This document shows, in pieces, positions 20,662 through 30,940 of a stretch of DNA of 64,000 nt. Position 1 is the first letter of the stretch. Each line of letters opens with the position of its first letter. The notes beneath the pieces were generated by a model, which was not told the origin of the DNA, ran no database searches, and worked only from the letters and a program-made list of their open reading frames with translations. The position numbers and the translations under genes are program-made. The stretch is from Alphaproteobacteria bacterium (lineage in GTDB: Bacteria; Pseudomonadota; Alphaproteobacteria; Bin95): NCBI GenBank assembly GCA_963665325.3, contig OZ224045.1, positions 1,152,001 through 1,216,000 on the forward strand, written 5' to 3'.

Positions 20662-23158
20662 TCCCGCGCTTGCCTGGCGGCTGGCGCGGCGCGAAATGCG
20701 CGGCGGGCTCACGGGCTTCCGGATTTTCCTGCTCTGCATCGCCATCGGTGTCGCGGCGATCGCGGCGGTCCACTCCGTCAGCAAGGCGGTCCAGACCGGC
20801 ATCGCCCGCGACGCCCGCGCGCTGCATGGCGGCGATCTTGCGGTCCGCATGACCTATGTGCCGGCGGATGGCGCCGCGCGAGCGGATTTCGCCGCCCTCG
20901 GGCGCGTCTCGGAAATCGTCGAGATGCGGGCCATGGCGCGCGGCGGCGGCGATGCGGCGCTGGTGGAGCTCAAGGCGGTGGACGGGGCCTATCCGCTCGC
21001 GGGCCGTCTTCGGCTCTCCGGCGGCTTGGCGCTGGAAGACGCGCTCTCCGACGGCGGCGCTGTCGTCGAAGCGACCTTGCTGGAGCGGCTGGGCCTCGCG
21101 GTCGGCGACCGGATCGAGGTCGGCGACGGGTCGTTTGCTGTGCGCGCCACCCTCGAACGCGAGCCGGACCGCGCGGTCGGCCTCTTTTCTTTCGGGCCGC
21201 GCTTCATGGTCGACCTCGATGGGCTCAGGAGAACCGGACTGGTGCAGCCCGGAAGCCTGATCCGATACAAATACCGCATCGCTCTGGACGATCCCGGCCG
21301 CACCGTTGCGGAATACCGCCGCCTCGCGCGGGAATATACCGACCGGGGCTGGCGCGTGACGGGCATCGGTTCGGCCGCCCCCGGGCTCCGGCAGACGATC
21401 CGTCGCCTCACGCTCTTCATGACGCTCGTCGGGCTGGCGGCCTCGATCATCGGCGGCATCGGCGTCGCCAACGCGGTGCGCGCGCATCTGGCGTCACGGC
21501 GGCCGGCGATAGCGACGCTCGGCTGCCTCGGCGCGACGCCCCGGTTGATCGGGCTCACATTCGGTCTCCAGGTCGCAGTCATGACGGTTCTGGCAATCGC
21601 GATCGGGCTCGTCCTGGGCGCGGCTGCGCCCTACCTCTTCGTCGGGTTGCTGGAGACCTATCTGCCCGTCGATCTCGCGCTCGGCGTCTATCCGGGGCCG
21701 CTGATTCTGGCGGCTGCCTTCGGGGCGCTGACCTCTGCCGTGTTCTCGCTGCCGCCGCTGGCCGCCGCCGCCCGCCGCCCGCCGGTTGCACTGTTCCGCG
21801 ATGTCGAGGCGGCGGGAGGAGAGGGAGCGGGGCTTGCCGCAATCCTCGCATCCGCCGGGCTGGCCGTGCTGCTCGCGGCGCTTGCGGTCGCCACGGCGCC
21901 GGATCGCGTGCTGGCGCTCTGGTTCGTGGCCGGAACGCTGGCGGCCTACGGCATTTTCTTCGCCGCGGCCACGGCGACTGTGCGTCTCGCGCGCGGGCTC
22001 AAGAGCGCCGGGCCGGGCGCGCTCCGCCGGGCGCTGGCGGCGCTCGCAAGGCCTGGGGGCGAGACCGGAGGCCTGCTTCTGTCGCTCGGTTTCGGCGTGA
22101 CCGTGCTGGTTGCCGTCGCCTCGGTCGAGGAGGGGCTTTCCCGCCAACTGAGCGAAGAGATTCCCGCCGATGCGCCGACGCATTTCTTCATCGACATCCA
22201 GCCCGACCAGGCGGAGCGCTTCGATGCCGTCATAGCTAAGACGCCCGGCGCGGTGCTGGACCGGCGCACGCCGCATCTGCGCGCCCGCATCGCCTCGATC
22301 GACGGCGTGCCGGCGGCCGACGCGCAGGTGCCCGAGAATGCGCGCTGGGCGATTCGCGGCGAACGCGGCCTCACCTGGTCCGCAGAGCAGCCCGAGGGGA
22401 CGGAGATCGTCTCCGGACGGTGGTGGCCGGCGGACTATCGGGGGCCGCCGCTCGTCTCCTTCGACGCCAATCTGGCTCACGCCTTCGGCCTGGAGCCGGG
22501 GGACCGTATCGCCTTCAACATACTGGGCCGCACCGTGGAGGCGGAGGTCGCCAATCTGCGCCGCATCGCGTGGCGGACGCTCAGGATGCAGTTCACCACG
22601 ATCTTCGCGCCGGGGGCGCTGGAACGCGCGCCGCAGACCTATATCGCCACCGTCCGCACACCGCCGGAGGCCGAGGCGGGCCTGACCGCCGCCATGGCCG
22701 CCGCGCTGCCCAATGTCTCGGCGATCCGGGTGAAGGAGGCGCTGGCGCTGGTGACGGAGCTGGTCGCGCAGATGGGCATCGCCATCCGCCTCGTCGCCGC
22801 GGTCGGGTTGGCGGCGGGCCTCGCCGTGCTGGCAGGCGCCATCGCCGCCGGGCGCCGCCGCCGCCAGCGCGATGCCGTGGTGTTCAAGGTGCTGGGCGCA
22901 ACGCGGGCCGACCTCGTGCGCAGCTACATGCTGGAATTCGCCATTCTCGGCGGCGTGGCGGCCCTGCTCGGCTGCCTGCTCGGCCTCGCCGCCGGCTATG
23001 TGCTGCTGGAGGAGGTCATGGATATCGCCTGGACCGCGCCCGTCGTAACTGCAGCGGCGACGGCGCTCGCCGCCATCGCGGTAACGGCGCTGTTCGGTTT
23101 CCTCGGCACCTGGCGGCTGCTGGGCCAGCCCGCCGCTCCGGCGTTGCGCGAGCCCTAA
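20651..23158 (+). CDS. ybbP: ABC transporter permease, FtsX/MacB-type (YbbP-like)
   Basis: LARREMRGG start, YPLAG, APTHFFIDIQ, two FtsX-like TM blocks. Confidence 0.85.
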   Translation: MRADPALAWRLARREMRGGLTGFRIFLLCIAIGVAAIAAVHSVSKAVQTGIARDARALHGGDLAVRMTYVPADGAARADFAALGRVSEIVEMRAMARGGGDAALVELKAVDGAYPLAGRLRLSGGLALEDALSDGGAVVEATLLERLGLAVGDRIEVGDGSFAVRATLEREPDRAVGLFSFGPRFMVDLDGLRRTGLVQPGSLIRYKYRIALDDPGRTVAEYRRLAREYTDRGWRVTGIGSAAPGLRQTIRRLTLFMTLVGLAASIIGGIGVANAVRAHLASRRPAIATLGCLGATPRLIGLTFGLQVAVMTVLAIAIGLVLGAAAPYLFVGLLETYLPVDLALGVYPGPLILAAAFGALTSAVFSLPPLAAAARRPPVALFRDVEAAGGEGAGLAAILASAGLAVLLAALAVATAPDRVLALWFVAGTLAAYGIFFAAATATVRLARGLKSAGPGALRRALAALARPGGETGGLLLSLGFGVTVLVAVASVEEGLSRQLSEEIPADAPTHFFIDIQPDQAERFDAVIAKTPGAVLDRRTPHLRARIASIDGVPAADAQVPENARWAIRGERGLTWSAEQPEGTEIVSGRWWPADYRGPPLVSFDANLAHAFGLEPGDRIAFNILGRTVEAEVANLRRIAWRTLRMQFTTIFAPGALERAPQTYIATVRTPPEAEAGLTAAMAAALPNVSAIRVKEALALVTELVAQMGIAIRLVAAVGLAAGLAVLAGAIAAGRRRRQRDAVVFKVLGATRADLVRSYMLEFAILGGVAALLGCLLGLAAGYVLLEEVMDIAWTAPVVTAAATALAAIAVTALFGFLGTWRLLGQPAAPALREP
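23117..23158 (+). repeat. direct repeat copy 1 (3' end of ybbP)
   Basis: ctgctgggccagcccgccgctccggcg is identical to 23708-23734; both copies encode LLGQPAAPALREP*. Confidence 0.9.
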
Positions 23159-23202
23159 TCGACGTTACCAGAAGGTAGGGGAGCGGACGTAAGCCAAAAG
23201 GG

Positions 23203-23565
23203 TCAGGGACACTTCTTCTTCAGCTTGGCCTCATAAAGCTGGCGTTCCCTGTCTCGGATTTTTTGGCGAGCGACATGTTCCAACTTCTCATCGGCCATCA
23301 CCGACCACAAGCCGCCCCAGAATATCTGCTTGGCTTGTCCGCTGGTGGCCTCCTCGTCAACACCTCTCTCGTGGCGCTGAAGCAACAAAAACTCCTGCTC
23401 AATGTCCTCGCATGACATAGCCCGTACCTTAGCCGCATCGAGCGGAGGCATTTTCTCGAAATCCTTCGTTGCACAACCGCCAAGTGCAAGGAGCGCTGCT
23501 GCGGCGACAAAGCAGATGGGGGTCTTTGCCTTCACCGAAACGGGAAAAAGCGGTGTTGAGCGCAT
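23203..23565 (-). CDS. hypothetical lipoprotein
   Basis: Hydrophobic stretch plus lipobox LGGC; lower GC than the flanks. Confidence 0.7.
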   Translation of the reverse strand: MRSTPLFPVSVKAKTPICFVAAAALLALGGCATKDFEKMPPLDAAKVRAMSCEDIEQEFLLLQRHERGVDEEATSGQAKQIFWGGLWSVMADEKLEHVARQKIRDRERQLYEAKLKKKCP

Positions 23566-23707
23566 AAGAATAGGACCTCTAGTTTAGGAAGCTGACGCAT
23601 TATGCATCTGCGTAATTGCCTTTAGGCATTCGACCCAAGCGTGTCAATCTTCGCCGCCGTCGAGGCCATCTGCAATGGCGCCATTCGGTTCCTTCGTTAC
23701 ACAACGA

Positions 23708-23749
23708 CTGCTGGGCCAGCCCGCCGCTCCGGCGCTCAGGGAGCCGTAA
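23708..23749 (+). repeat. direct repeat copy 2 (displaced ybbP 3' end)
   Basis: 27 bp identical to 23117-23143, then a synonymous variant to TAA. Confidence 0.9.
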
Positions 23750-23818
23750 AGATTGCTTCCCGGCAGGCGGTGGCGCGCTATGCTGGTCCTGAAACGGGCG
23801 GAAGGGGGAGACGGGTTC

Positions 23819-24586
23819 ATGGCCGGAATGCTGGACGGCAAGGCGGCGCTGATTACCGGGGGCGCGAACGGCATCGGGCGGGCGACGGCGCTGCTCTTCG
23901 CCGAGGAGGGCGCGCGGGTGGCCGCCGCCGATCTCAATCTCGAAGGCGCGGAGGAGACCGCGGCAATGATCCGCGAGGCCGGCGGGGAGGCGGTTGCGCT
24001 CTCCGTCGAGGTGTCGGACGCCGAACAGGTCGAGGCGATGGTGGATGCGACCGTGGAGGCGTTCGGGCGGATCGACTGCGCGTTCAACAATGCCGGCATC
24101 GCCCCGGTCAATGTCGGCAACAATGCCAGGCGGACCCATAGTTGGTCGGAGGAAGGCTTCGACCGGATGATCGAGGTCAACCTCAAGGGCGTGTGGCTCT
24201 GTATGAAGAGTGAGATCGGGCGGATGCTGGAGACGGGCGGCGGCGCCATCGTCAATACCTCGTCCATCGCGGGGCTCGCCGGCCTGCCGACCTCGTCGGG
24301 CTATGTCGCCGCCAAGCACGGCGTCTCCGGGCTCACGCGCACCGCCGGCATCGAATATGCGACTGACGATATCCGCGTGAACGCCGTCTGCCCCGGCTTC
24401 ATCGCCACCGACATGACCCGCGAGGTCATGTCCCGGCGCGGCAATGAGCTCATGGCCCTGGTGCCGGCGCGGCGCATGGGCGATGCGCGTGAGATCGCGG
24501 AGATGGTCTGCTGGCTCTGCTCGGACCGCTCCGGCTTCGTCACCGGCGCCACCTACAATGTCGATGGCGGCTACATGGCGTCCTGA
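23819..24586 (+). CDS. short-chain dehydrogenase/reductase (tandem paralog 1)
   Basis: TGGANGIG, FNNAG, YVAAK. Confidence 0.92.
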   Translation: MAGMLDGKAALITGGANGIGRATALLFAEEGARVAAADLNLEGAEETAAMIREAGGEAVALSVEVSDAEQVEAMVDATVEAFGRIDCAFNNAGIAPVNVGNNARRTHSWSEEGFDRMIEVNLKGVWLCMKSEIGRMLETGGGAIVNTSSIAGLAGLPTSSGYVAAKHGVSGLTRTAGIEYATDDIRVNAVCPGFIATDMTREVMSRRGNELMALVPARRMGDAREIAEMVCWLCSDRSGFVTGATYNVDGGYMAS

Positions 24587-24617
24587 CGGGCGGAACGGAA
24601 CGGGGGAGTAGAGCGAC

Positions 24618-25388
24618 ATGGTCGGAATGCTGGATGGCAAGGCGGCGCTGGTTACCGGAGCTGCCAACGGCATAGGGCGGGCGACGGCGCTGCTCTTCGC
24701 GAAAGAGGGTGCGCGGGTCGCGGCGGCCGACCTCAACCTGGAAGGCGCGGACGAGACGGCCGCCATGATCCGCGAAGCAGGCGGCGAGGCGGTAGCGCTT
24801 GGCGTCGAGGTGACCGAGGCGGAACAGGTCGAGGCGATGCTGGATGCGGCGGTTGAGGCCTTCGGGCGGATCGACTGCGCGTTCAACAATGCCGGCATCG
24901 GGCCGGCCAACCTCAACCATTTCGGCCGCCGCACCCATGAATGGACCGAGGAGAGCTTCGACCGCATGATCGCGGTCAATCTAAAGGGTGTGTGGCTCTG
25001 CATGAAGGGCGAGATCGAGCGGATGACGGCGGACGAGGGCGGCGGGGCCATCGTCAACACCTCCTCGGTCGCCGGCCTGCTCGGCCTGCCGGGCGGCAGC
25101 GCCTATGTCGCGGCAAAGCACGCCGTCTCCGGCATGACGCGCACCGCAGGCATCGAGTACGCCAGCGACAATATTCGCGTCAACGCCGTCTGCCCCGGCT
25201 ATATCGCGACCGACATGACGCGCGAGGCGCGCGCCCGGCGCGGCAATGAGCTCATGAACCGCGTGCCGGCGCGCCGCATGGGCGAGGCGCAGGAGATCGC
25301 GGAGATGGTCTGCTGGCTCTGCTCCGACCGCTCAAGCTACGTCACCGGCGCCACCTACAATGTCGATGGCGGCTACGTGGCTTCGTGA
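24618..25388 (+). CDS. short-chain dehydrogenase/reductase (tandem paralog 2)
   Basis: TGAANGIG, FNNAG, YVAAK; highly similar to the upstream gene. Confidence 0.92.
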   Translation: MVGMLDGKAALVTGAANGIGRATALLFAKEGARVAAADLNLEGADETAAMIREAGGEAVALGVEVTEAEQVEAMLDAAVEAFGRIDCAFNNAGIGPANLNHFGRRTHEWTEESFDRMIAVNLKGVWLCMKGEIERMTADEGGGAIVNTSSVAGLLGLPGGSAYVAAKHAVSGMTRTAGIEYASDNIRVNAVCPGYIATDMTREARARRGNELMNRVPARRMGEAQEIAEMVCWLCSDRSSYVTGATYNVDGGYVAS

Positions 25389-25407
25389 TGCAACCGTAGT
25401 CTGGAGC

Positions 25408-25791
25408 ATGGAACCGCAGCCTCTCATTGCCGTGGCGGATGTGGAGGCGAGCAGCCTCTGGTACCGGCAGCTTCTCGGCTGCGAAAGCGGGCATGGCGGG
25501 CCGGACTATGAGCGGCTGGTATCGGGCAGCAGGCTGGTCCTCCAGCTCCACCGCTGGGACGCGCACGACCATCCGCATATGGGCGATCGCGCATCGCGTC
25601 CTTACGGCAATGGCGTGCTGCTCTGGTTCCGGACCGATGCGTTCGATGCGGCGGTTGGGCGGGCACGCGCGCTCGGCGCCGAAATCCTCGAAGAGCCGCA
25701 TGTGAACCCGAACGCCCGGCACCGCGAATGCTGGCTGCGGGACCCGGACGGCTATGTCGTCGTTCTGGCTGGGGCCGAGGGCGACATCTGA
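25408..25791 (+). CDS. VOC/glyoxalase family protein
   Basis: VADVEASSLWYRQLLG, RDPDGYVV. Confidence 0.85.
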   Translation: MEPQPLIAVADVEASSLWYRQLLGCESGHGGPDYERLVSGSRLVLQLHRWDAHDHPHMGDRASRPYGNGVLLWFRTDAFDAAVGRARALGAEILEEPHVNPNARHRECWLRDPDGYVVVLAGAEGDI

Positions 25792-25909
25792 TCCTCCTCA
25801 ACAGGGTCTCCGGTCGCATTTTCCCCGTTTCGAGTCGCGTCCGGGCGCAAAAGCGTGCTTCGGGCCCGGCAGACTGGACCCTGCCCGGACCCGGCGGAGC
25901 GCCCCCGCG

Positions 25910-27022
25910 ATGAACGACCTGGCGAACGTGCTCAAGCCCATCGAAGCGGCCAGCGGCCTGCCGGGTCGCTGCTACACGGACGCCTTGGCGTTCGAGGAGG
26001 AACGGCGGCGGATCTTCGGCCGCGACTGGTTCTGCATTGGCTTCGCGAGCGACATTGCCGCCCCCGGAGACCTCATGCCGGTGGATGCGATGGGGACGGC
26101 GCTGCTTCTGGTGCGGACCGGGGACGGCGAAATTCGCTGCTTCCACAATGTCTGCCGCCATCGCGGCGTCCGCCTGGTGGAGGAGCCGGCGCGCGGACGC
26201 AAGGCGCTGCGCTGTCCGTACCACAGCTGGACCTACGACCTGGAGGGGCGGCTGCGCGCCACGCCTCATATCGGCGGCATGGGCCGCCACGAAGCGCCAG
26301 GATTCTGCAGGAGCGGGCGCGGGCTCTTCCCGGTGCGCACGGGCGTCTGGCTGGACATGGTGTTCGCCGACCTCTCCGGCGAGGCGCCCGCACTCGAAGA
26401 CTGGCTTGCGCCGCTGCTGGAGCGGTGGCGGGACTTCCCGCTGGCGCGCTACCGGCCGGCGGAGGCGGAGCCGATCCGCTTCCGGCTCCATGCCAACTGG
26501 AAGCTCGCTGTGGAAAACTATTGCGAGGCTTACCACCTGCCCTGGGTGCATCCGGGCCTGAACCGCATCTCGTCCCTTGCCGACCATTATCCCATTGTGG
26601 ATGCGGCCTTCTCCGGCCAGGGGTCATCCCGATATGCGGCCCGTGGCGGGCTGCCCTGCGCGGACGAGAGCGAACTGTCCGAATATGTGGCCCTCTATCC
26701 GAACCTGCTGCTTGGCGCGCATACGGACCATTTCTTTGCCATGCGCCTCGATCCTCTCGCTCCGGACGAGACCGTGGAAGAAGCCCGGCTATGGTGCCTC
26801 GAAGAAGCGGCGGCAGCGCCGGAATATGCGGACGCGCGTCAGCGGCTGCGGGCGCGCTGGGAAGAGGTTTTCCGGGAGGATGTCGACATTGTCGAGCGGA
26901 TGCAGAAGGGACGCCTGTCGCCGGCTTTCGACGGCGGCTGTTTCTCGCCTGTCATGGACGTGCCGAGCCATGCTTTCCACAGATGGGCAGCGTTTCGCCT
27001 CGTGGCGAAGGAGTCTGCTTGA
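25910..27022 (+). CDS. Rieske aromatic-ring-hydroxylating / choline monooxygenase-like oxygenase alpha subunit
   Basis: Rieske motifs CRHRG and CPYHSW; [14 protein letters not shown]; EDVDIVE. Confidence 0.88.
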   Translation: MNDLANVLKPIEAASGLPGRCYTDALAFEEERRRIFGRDWFCIGFASDIAAPGDLMPVDAMGTALLLVRTGDGEIRCFHNVCRHRGVRLVEEPARGRKALRCPYHSWTYDLEGRLRATPHIGGMGRHEAPGFCRSGRGLFPVRTGVWLDMVFADLSGEAPALEDWLAPLLERWRDFPLARYRPAEAEPIRFRLHANWKLAVENYCEAYHLPWVHPGLNRISSLADHYPIVDAAFSGQGSSRYAARGGLPCADESELSEYVALYPNLLLGAHTDHFFAMRLDPLAPDETVEEARLWCLEEAAAAPEYADARQRLRARWEEVFREDVDIVERMQKGRLSPAFDGGCFSPVMDVPSHAFHRWAAFRLVAKESA

Positions 27023-27087
27023 CGGCAACCGGACGGCGGTCCTATAAGCCGCCCCAACCAAGACCGGAACGGAAACCGACCGACATC

Positions 27088-27354
27088 ATGGCCCATTCGA
27101 CCCAAGCCAGGAAGCGGGTTCGCCAGAACCTGCGCCGCGCCACACGCAACCGCGCCCGTGCCAGCCGTGTGCGGACCTTCATAAAGAAGGTCGAGGCCGC
27201 GATAGACAGCGGCGACCGGGAAGAGGCGCGGGCTGCACTCAGAAACGCCGAGCCCGAGATGGCGCGCGGCGCCCAAAAGGGAAAATTTCATCGCAACACG
27301 ATGCAGCGCAAGCTCTCGAGATTGTCGAAGAAAATCAAAGAGTTAAGTGCCTAG
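27088..27354 (+). CDS. rpsT: 30S ribosomal protein S20
   Basis: [13 protein letters not shown]...[12 protein letters not shown]; rpsT-dnaA context. Confidence 0.95.
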   Translation: MAHSTQARKRVRQNLRRATRNRARASRVRTFIKKVEAAIDSGDREEARAALRNAEPEMARGAQKGKFHRNTMQRKLSRLSKKIKELSA

Positions 27355-27380
27355 CGCGCGACCTGTAGCCGGACATGCCG

Positions 27381-27409
27381 CCGCCGCTTTCGAGCGGCGG
27401 ATTTTTTTT
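27381..27409 (+). terminator. rho-independent terminator after rpsT
   Basis: CCGCCGCT-TTCG-AGCGGCGG followed by ATTTTTTTT. Confidence 0.85.
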
Positions 27410-27640
27410 GTCAAAAAAATGTTACGCCTTGCTAAGGCTTTAGGGAGTTCGCAGGCCGGGTTCGCTGCTTGGCCCTCTTGCGAGGGGGACGGAGCCTAGT
27501 AGCCTTCTTCGTGTCCCATCAAGTCGGCCACCGGCCGGATCGGGTCGGACAGGAGCGGTTGTCGGGAGCGACCGCCTCTGCCGCCTCAGGGTCCGGCCGG
27601 CCGGTTGCCGGGCGGGGCGTCGGGAGAAGGAGCAGCACCG

Positions 27641-28051
27641 ATGACCTATGCCGGGGACCTCTCGCCGCGAGAAGCCTGGGAGATGCTGGAGACCGCGAAG
27701 GACGCGATCCTCGTGGATGTCCGCACCTTGCCCGAGTGGCAGTTCGTCGGCTTGCCGGACCTGGCGGCACTCGGGCGTCCGGCGTCGCTGATATCCTGGC
27801 AGGTCTGGCCCGGGATGGGGGTAAACGCGAATTTCGTCGATGAAGTGGCCGCCTCGTCGCGGGGCGGTCCACTGCTGTTCATCTGCCGGTCCGGCGTCCG
27901 GTCGGCCCATGCGGCGGCGGCGGTGACGGAGCGGGGCCTCGGACCCTGCTACAATGTTTCCGAAGGGTTCGAAGGCGACCGGGACGGCGAAGGGCATCGA
28001 GGCCGGGCAGGGGGCTGGAAGGCCGCCGGCCTGCCCTGGATGCAGGAGTGA
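27641..28051 (+). CDS. rhodanese-like domain protein
   Basis: LVDVRTLPEW, ICRSGVRS, GFEGD, GGWK; stop overlaps the dnaA start. Confidence 0.9.
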   Translation: MTYAGDLSPREAWEMLETAKDAILVDVRTLPEWQFVGLPDLAALGRPASLISWQVWPGMGVNANFVDEVAASSRGGPLLFICRSGVRSAHAAAAVTERGLGPCYNVSEGFEGDRDGEGHRGRAGGWKAAGLPWMQE

Positions 28052-29409
28052 CCGGCATGGCGGGCGCGAAACCCGACCGCCAGGTCGAATGGATGCGTAT
28101 CCGTGGGCAGCTTCAGGCCGAGTACGGGGACGGGATTTTCAAGAGCTGGCTGAAGCCGATGACCCTGGTGGACAAGGGCACGAACGGCATTGTCATCCAG
28201 CTCCCGACGCGGTTCATGCGCGACCGGGTCCAGGGCAGCTATGGCGAGCGCATCCGCGCGCTCTGGCTGGAGGCGGAGCCGGCGCTGTCCGAAGTCGGGT
28301 TCGAGGTCAATCCGGTACTGCAAGGGGCGCCGGCCCAGCCGGCCCAGCGTCCGGCTCCGGCCGGAAACGGCGTTCTGGACGAGTTCTCCACGCCGTTCCA
28401 GCCAACTCTCAACTTCGAGAACTTCATCGCCGGCGAATCGAACGCATTGGCGCATGGCCTCTGGCTCGGTGTGGCCGACGGCAACGTGCAGCCGACCGGC
28501 CCGCTTTACCTTTTCGGCGGCGTCGGCCTCGGCAAGACCCACCTCATGCAGGCCCTGGCGATCAGGCTTCGTCGGGACCGGCCGGATTGCTCGGTCCTCT
28601 ACTTCAACTCGGACGATTTTCGCCAGCATTACATCGACGCCGTGAATGCCAAGGGAGTTGCGGGCTTCAGGAGGAGAATCCGATCCTTCGACGTGTTGAT
28701 GATCGACGATGTACATCTCCTGCGCCGCAGTCCGGGCACCCAGGAAGAGCTGCTTCACACCATCAACGCGTTTGCGAACCGGAACCGCCTGATGGCGATT
28801 TCCGGGAACGAGTCGCCGGTCGGCCTCGAGGGAATCGACGAACGGATACGCTCCCGGCTCAGCATAGGCGTGTCGGCCCCGATCCTGCCGCTCGAGACGG
28901 ACTACCCGTTGCGCCTGGCCTATCTGGAGCGCAGGGCATTCGAGACAACGCTGCCCGCGCCGCAGGACGTGCTGGTTTTCCTCGCGGAGCGGATCACTTC
29001 CAACATGCGCGTGTTACAGGGCGCGATTAACCGGCTGGGATCGCATTACCGGCAGTTCGGCGGCGAGATATCGGTGGACCGCGCGGAGAAGGTGCTGGAG
29101 GACCTGTTGCCGGCCAATGACCGGACGCCAACGGTCGAGGCAATCAAGAGGACCGTATGCGAACGCTACAATGTCCGCCCGGCCGAGATGGATTCGCCAA
29201 GGCGCGCCCGTTCCGTTGCGCGGCCGCGCCAGGTGGCGATGTATCTCGCCAAGCAGCTCACCTCGCTGTCGCTGCCGGATATCGGCCGCAAGTTCGGGCG
29301 TGACCACTCGACGGTGCTCCACGGCGTTCGCAAGATCGAAAAGCTGATGGAAGACGACAAGGCGCTGGAAGAGGAAGTGGAGGCACTGCGCCGCAAGCTG
29401 GAGCTCTGA
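28048..29409 (+). CDS. dnaA: chromosomal replication initiator DnaA
   Basis: GGVGLGKTHL, LMIDDV, RPRQVAMYL, SLPDIGRKFGRDHSTV. Confidence 0.95.
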   Translation: MTGMAGAKPDRQVEWMRIRGQLQAEYGDGIFKSWLKPMTLVDKGTNGIVIQLPTRFMRDRVQGSYGERIRALWLEAEPALSEVGFEVNPVLQGAPAQPAQRPAPAGNGVLDEFSTPFQPTLNFENFIAGESNALAHGLWLGVADGNVQPTGPLYLFGGVGLGKTHLMQALAIRLRRDRPDCSVLYFNSDDFRQHYIDAVNAKGVAGFRRRIRSFDVLMIDDVHLLRRSPGTQEELLHTINAFANRNRLMAISGNESPVGLEGIDERIRSRLSIGVSAPILPLETDYPLRLAYLERRAFETTLPAPQDVLVFLAERITSNMRVLQGAINRLGSHYRQFGGEISVDRAEKVLEDLLPANDRTPTVEAIKRTVCERYNVRPAEMDSPRRARSVARPRQVAMYLAKQLTSLSLPDIGRKFGRDHSTVLHGVRKIEKLMEDDKALEEEVEALRRKLEL

Positions 29410-29455
29410 GGACGCCTTGCCAGCCTTGGGCGGGTTGCCTATTTTGCGCGCCCGT

Positions 29456-29531
29456 GCCGCAGTAGCTCAGCTGGTAGAGCAGCGCATTCGTAATGCGCGG
29501 GTCGGGAGTTCAAGTCTCTCCTGCGGCACCA
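29456..29531 (+). tRNA. tRNA-Thr(CGT)
   Basis: GCCGCAGTAGCTCAGCTGGTAGAGC-AGCGCATTCGTAATGCGC-...TTCAAGTCTCTCCTGCGGCACCA, 76 nt, anticodon CGT. Confidence 0.97.
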
Positions 29532-29668
29532 CCCCTCTTTCCCATAGCTGATCGCTGATCCTCATATATTATTGAAATAGCGCAGTATTTTTCTTTCTTG
29601 CATCTCACCGCCGAACACTGATATACGCTGATGCTCGGCATTTGGGGTGGTCTAAAAGGTGGCTTAAA

Positions 29669-30814
29669 ATGACGAAGAGTGCTGCACTCACACACGTGAA
29701 GGCCAAGTCGCTCAACAAAGGGAAATACGCTGACGGGCAAGGGCTCTGGCTCGTCAAGGCACGCAAGGATGCCGGTAGGTGGATGCTTCGTCTGTTGGTC
29801 AAGGGTAAACGGCGAGAAATGGGCCTCGGCAGATATCCCGATGTCTCCATTGCGGAGGCTCGGGAAAATGCCCGACAGGCGCGAACAATCCTCCGCTCCG
29901 GTCTCGATCCGATCAAGGAGCGGCAAAGACAACGGACGGGTCGTCTCTCCGTCCGTGATGCCGTGCATGGCTGTTTCAGTGCCAGACAGGCGGAACTCAA
30001 ACAGGACGGCAAGGCGGGACGCTGGCTCTCCCCTCTGGAAGTGCATGTCCTTCCTCGGGTCGGCGACATGTGCATTGAGGACATTGACCAGCATGACCTT
30101 GTCCGAGTCCTCCAAAGTATCTGGCACGACAAGTCTGATACTGCTCGAAAAGCTCTGAACCGACTGAACCTTACCCTACGCCATGCGGCCGCCCTTGGGC
30201 TCGATGTTGACCTGCAAGCGGTCATGAAGGCACGGGCTTTGCTCGGCAAGCAGCGGCACGAAGTCATTCATATTCCGTCTCTGCCATACCACGAGGTGCC
30301 GGCATTTTACCGTTGGCTGTGCACCAAATCGATGACTGCTCCACTCGCGCTCCGTTTCCTGATTCTCACGGTCGCACGGACAAGCGAAATCCGTTTCGCT
30401 ACCTTCGATGAAATCAAGGGGAACGTCTGGCACCTGCCGTCCAAGAGAACAAAGACCGGTAGGGAACACCGTATTCCGCTCTCGGAGGAAACACAGGTTG
30501 TTATCGCTCAGGCACGACATATGGATGACCAGGAACTGCTTTTCCCCACGTATCGCGGCAAACCGATGTCGGATGCCGCCATGTCACGGTTCATGGAACG
30601 GGAGGGCTATACCGCCAGACCGCACGGCTTTCGGGCAACCTTCCGCACCTGGGTGGAGGAGGCAACCGATACGCCTTTTGAGGTCAAGGAGAGTGCCTTG
30701 GGGCATCAGGTGGACGATGGCGTTGTTCGCGCCTATCAGCGCTCCGATCGTCTTGAAAAACGTCAGCACCTGATGGAGCAATGGGCTCGGTTCCTAACCT
30801 CGCCGGTCTCCTGA
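29669..30814 (+). CDS. P4-like tyrosine integrase with arm-binding domain
   Basis: DGQGLWL and REMGLGRYPDVSIAEAR arm domain; catalytic R(ARTSE), K(TKTG), HGFR, LGH, Y(RAY). Confidence 0.95.
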   Translation: MTKSAALTHVKAKSLNKGKYADGQGLWLVKARKDAGRWMLRLLVKGKRREMGLGRYPDVSIAEARENARQARTILRSGLDPIKERQRQRTGRLSVRDAVHGCFSARQAELKQDGKAGRWLSPLEVHVLPRVGDMCIEDIDQHDLVRVLQSIWHDKSDTARKALNRLNLTLRHAAALGLDVDLQAVMKARALLGKQRHEVIHIPSLPYHEVPAFYRWLCTKSMTAPLALRFLILTVARTSEIRFATFDEIKGNVWHLPSKRTKTGREHRIPLSEETQVVIAQARHMDDQELLFPTYRGKPMSDAAMSRFMEREGYTARPHGFRATFRTWVEEATDTPFEVKESALGHQVDDGVVRAYQRSDRLEKRQHLMEQWARFLTSPVS

Positions 30815-30940
30815 TTCCCGACAAGCAGGATTGAGCGGCGGTATCATGCTGCCCGCGGCACAGCACACCATGATGGTCGGCAGGAACATGCACCAGAGCA
30901 TGTTGCTCCGTTCATTCCCACAACCGAGAAGGAAACCATC

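Noticed and set aside
27354-28048. oriC next to dnaA
   Set aside because: No cluster of TTATCCACA-like DnaA boxes or long AT-rich unwinding element was seen.
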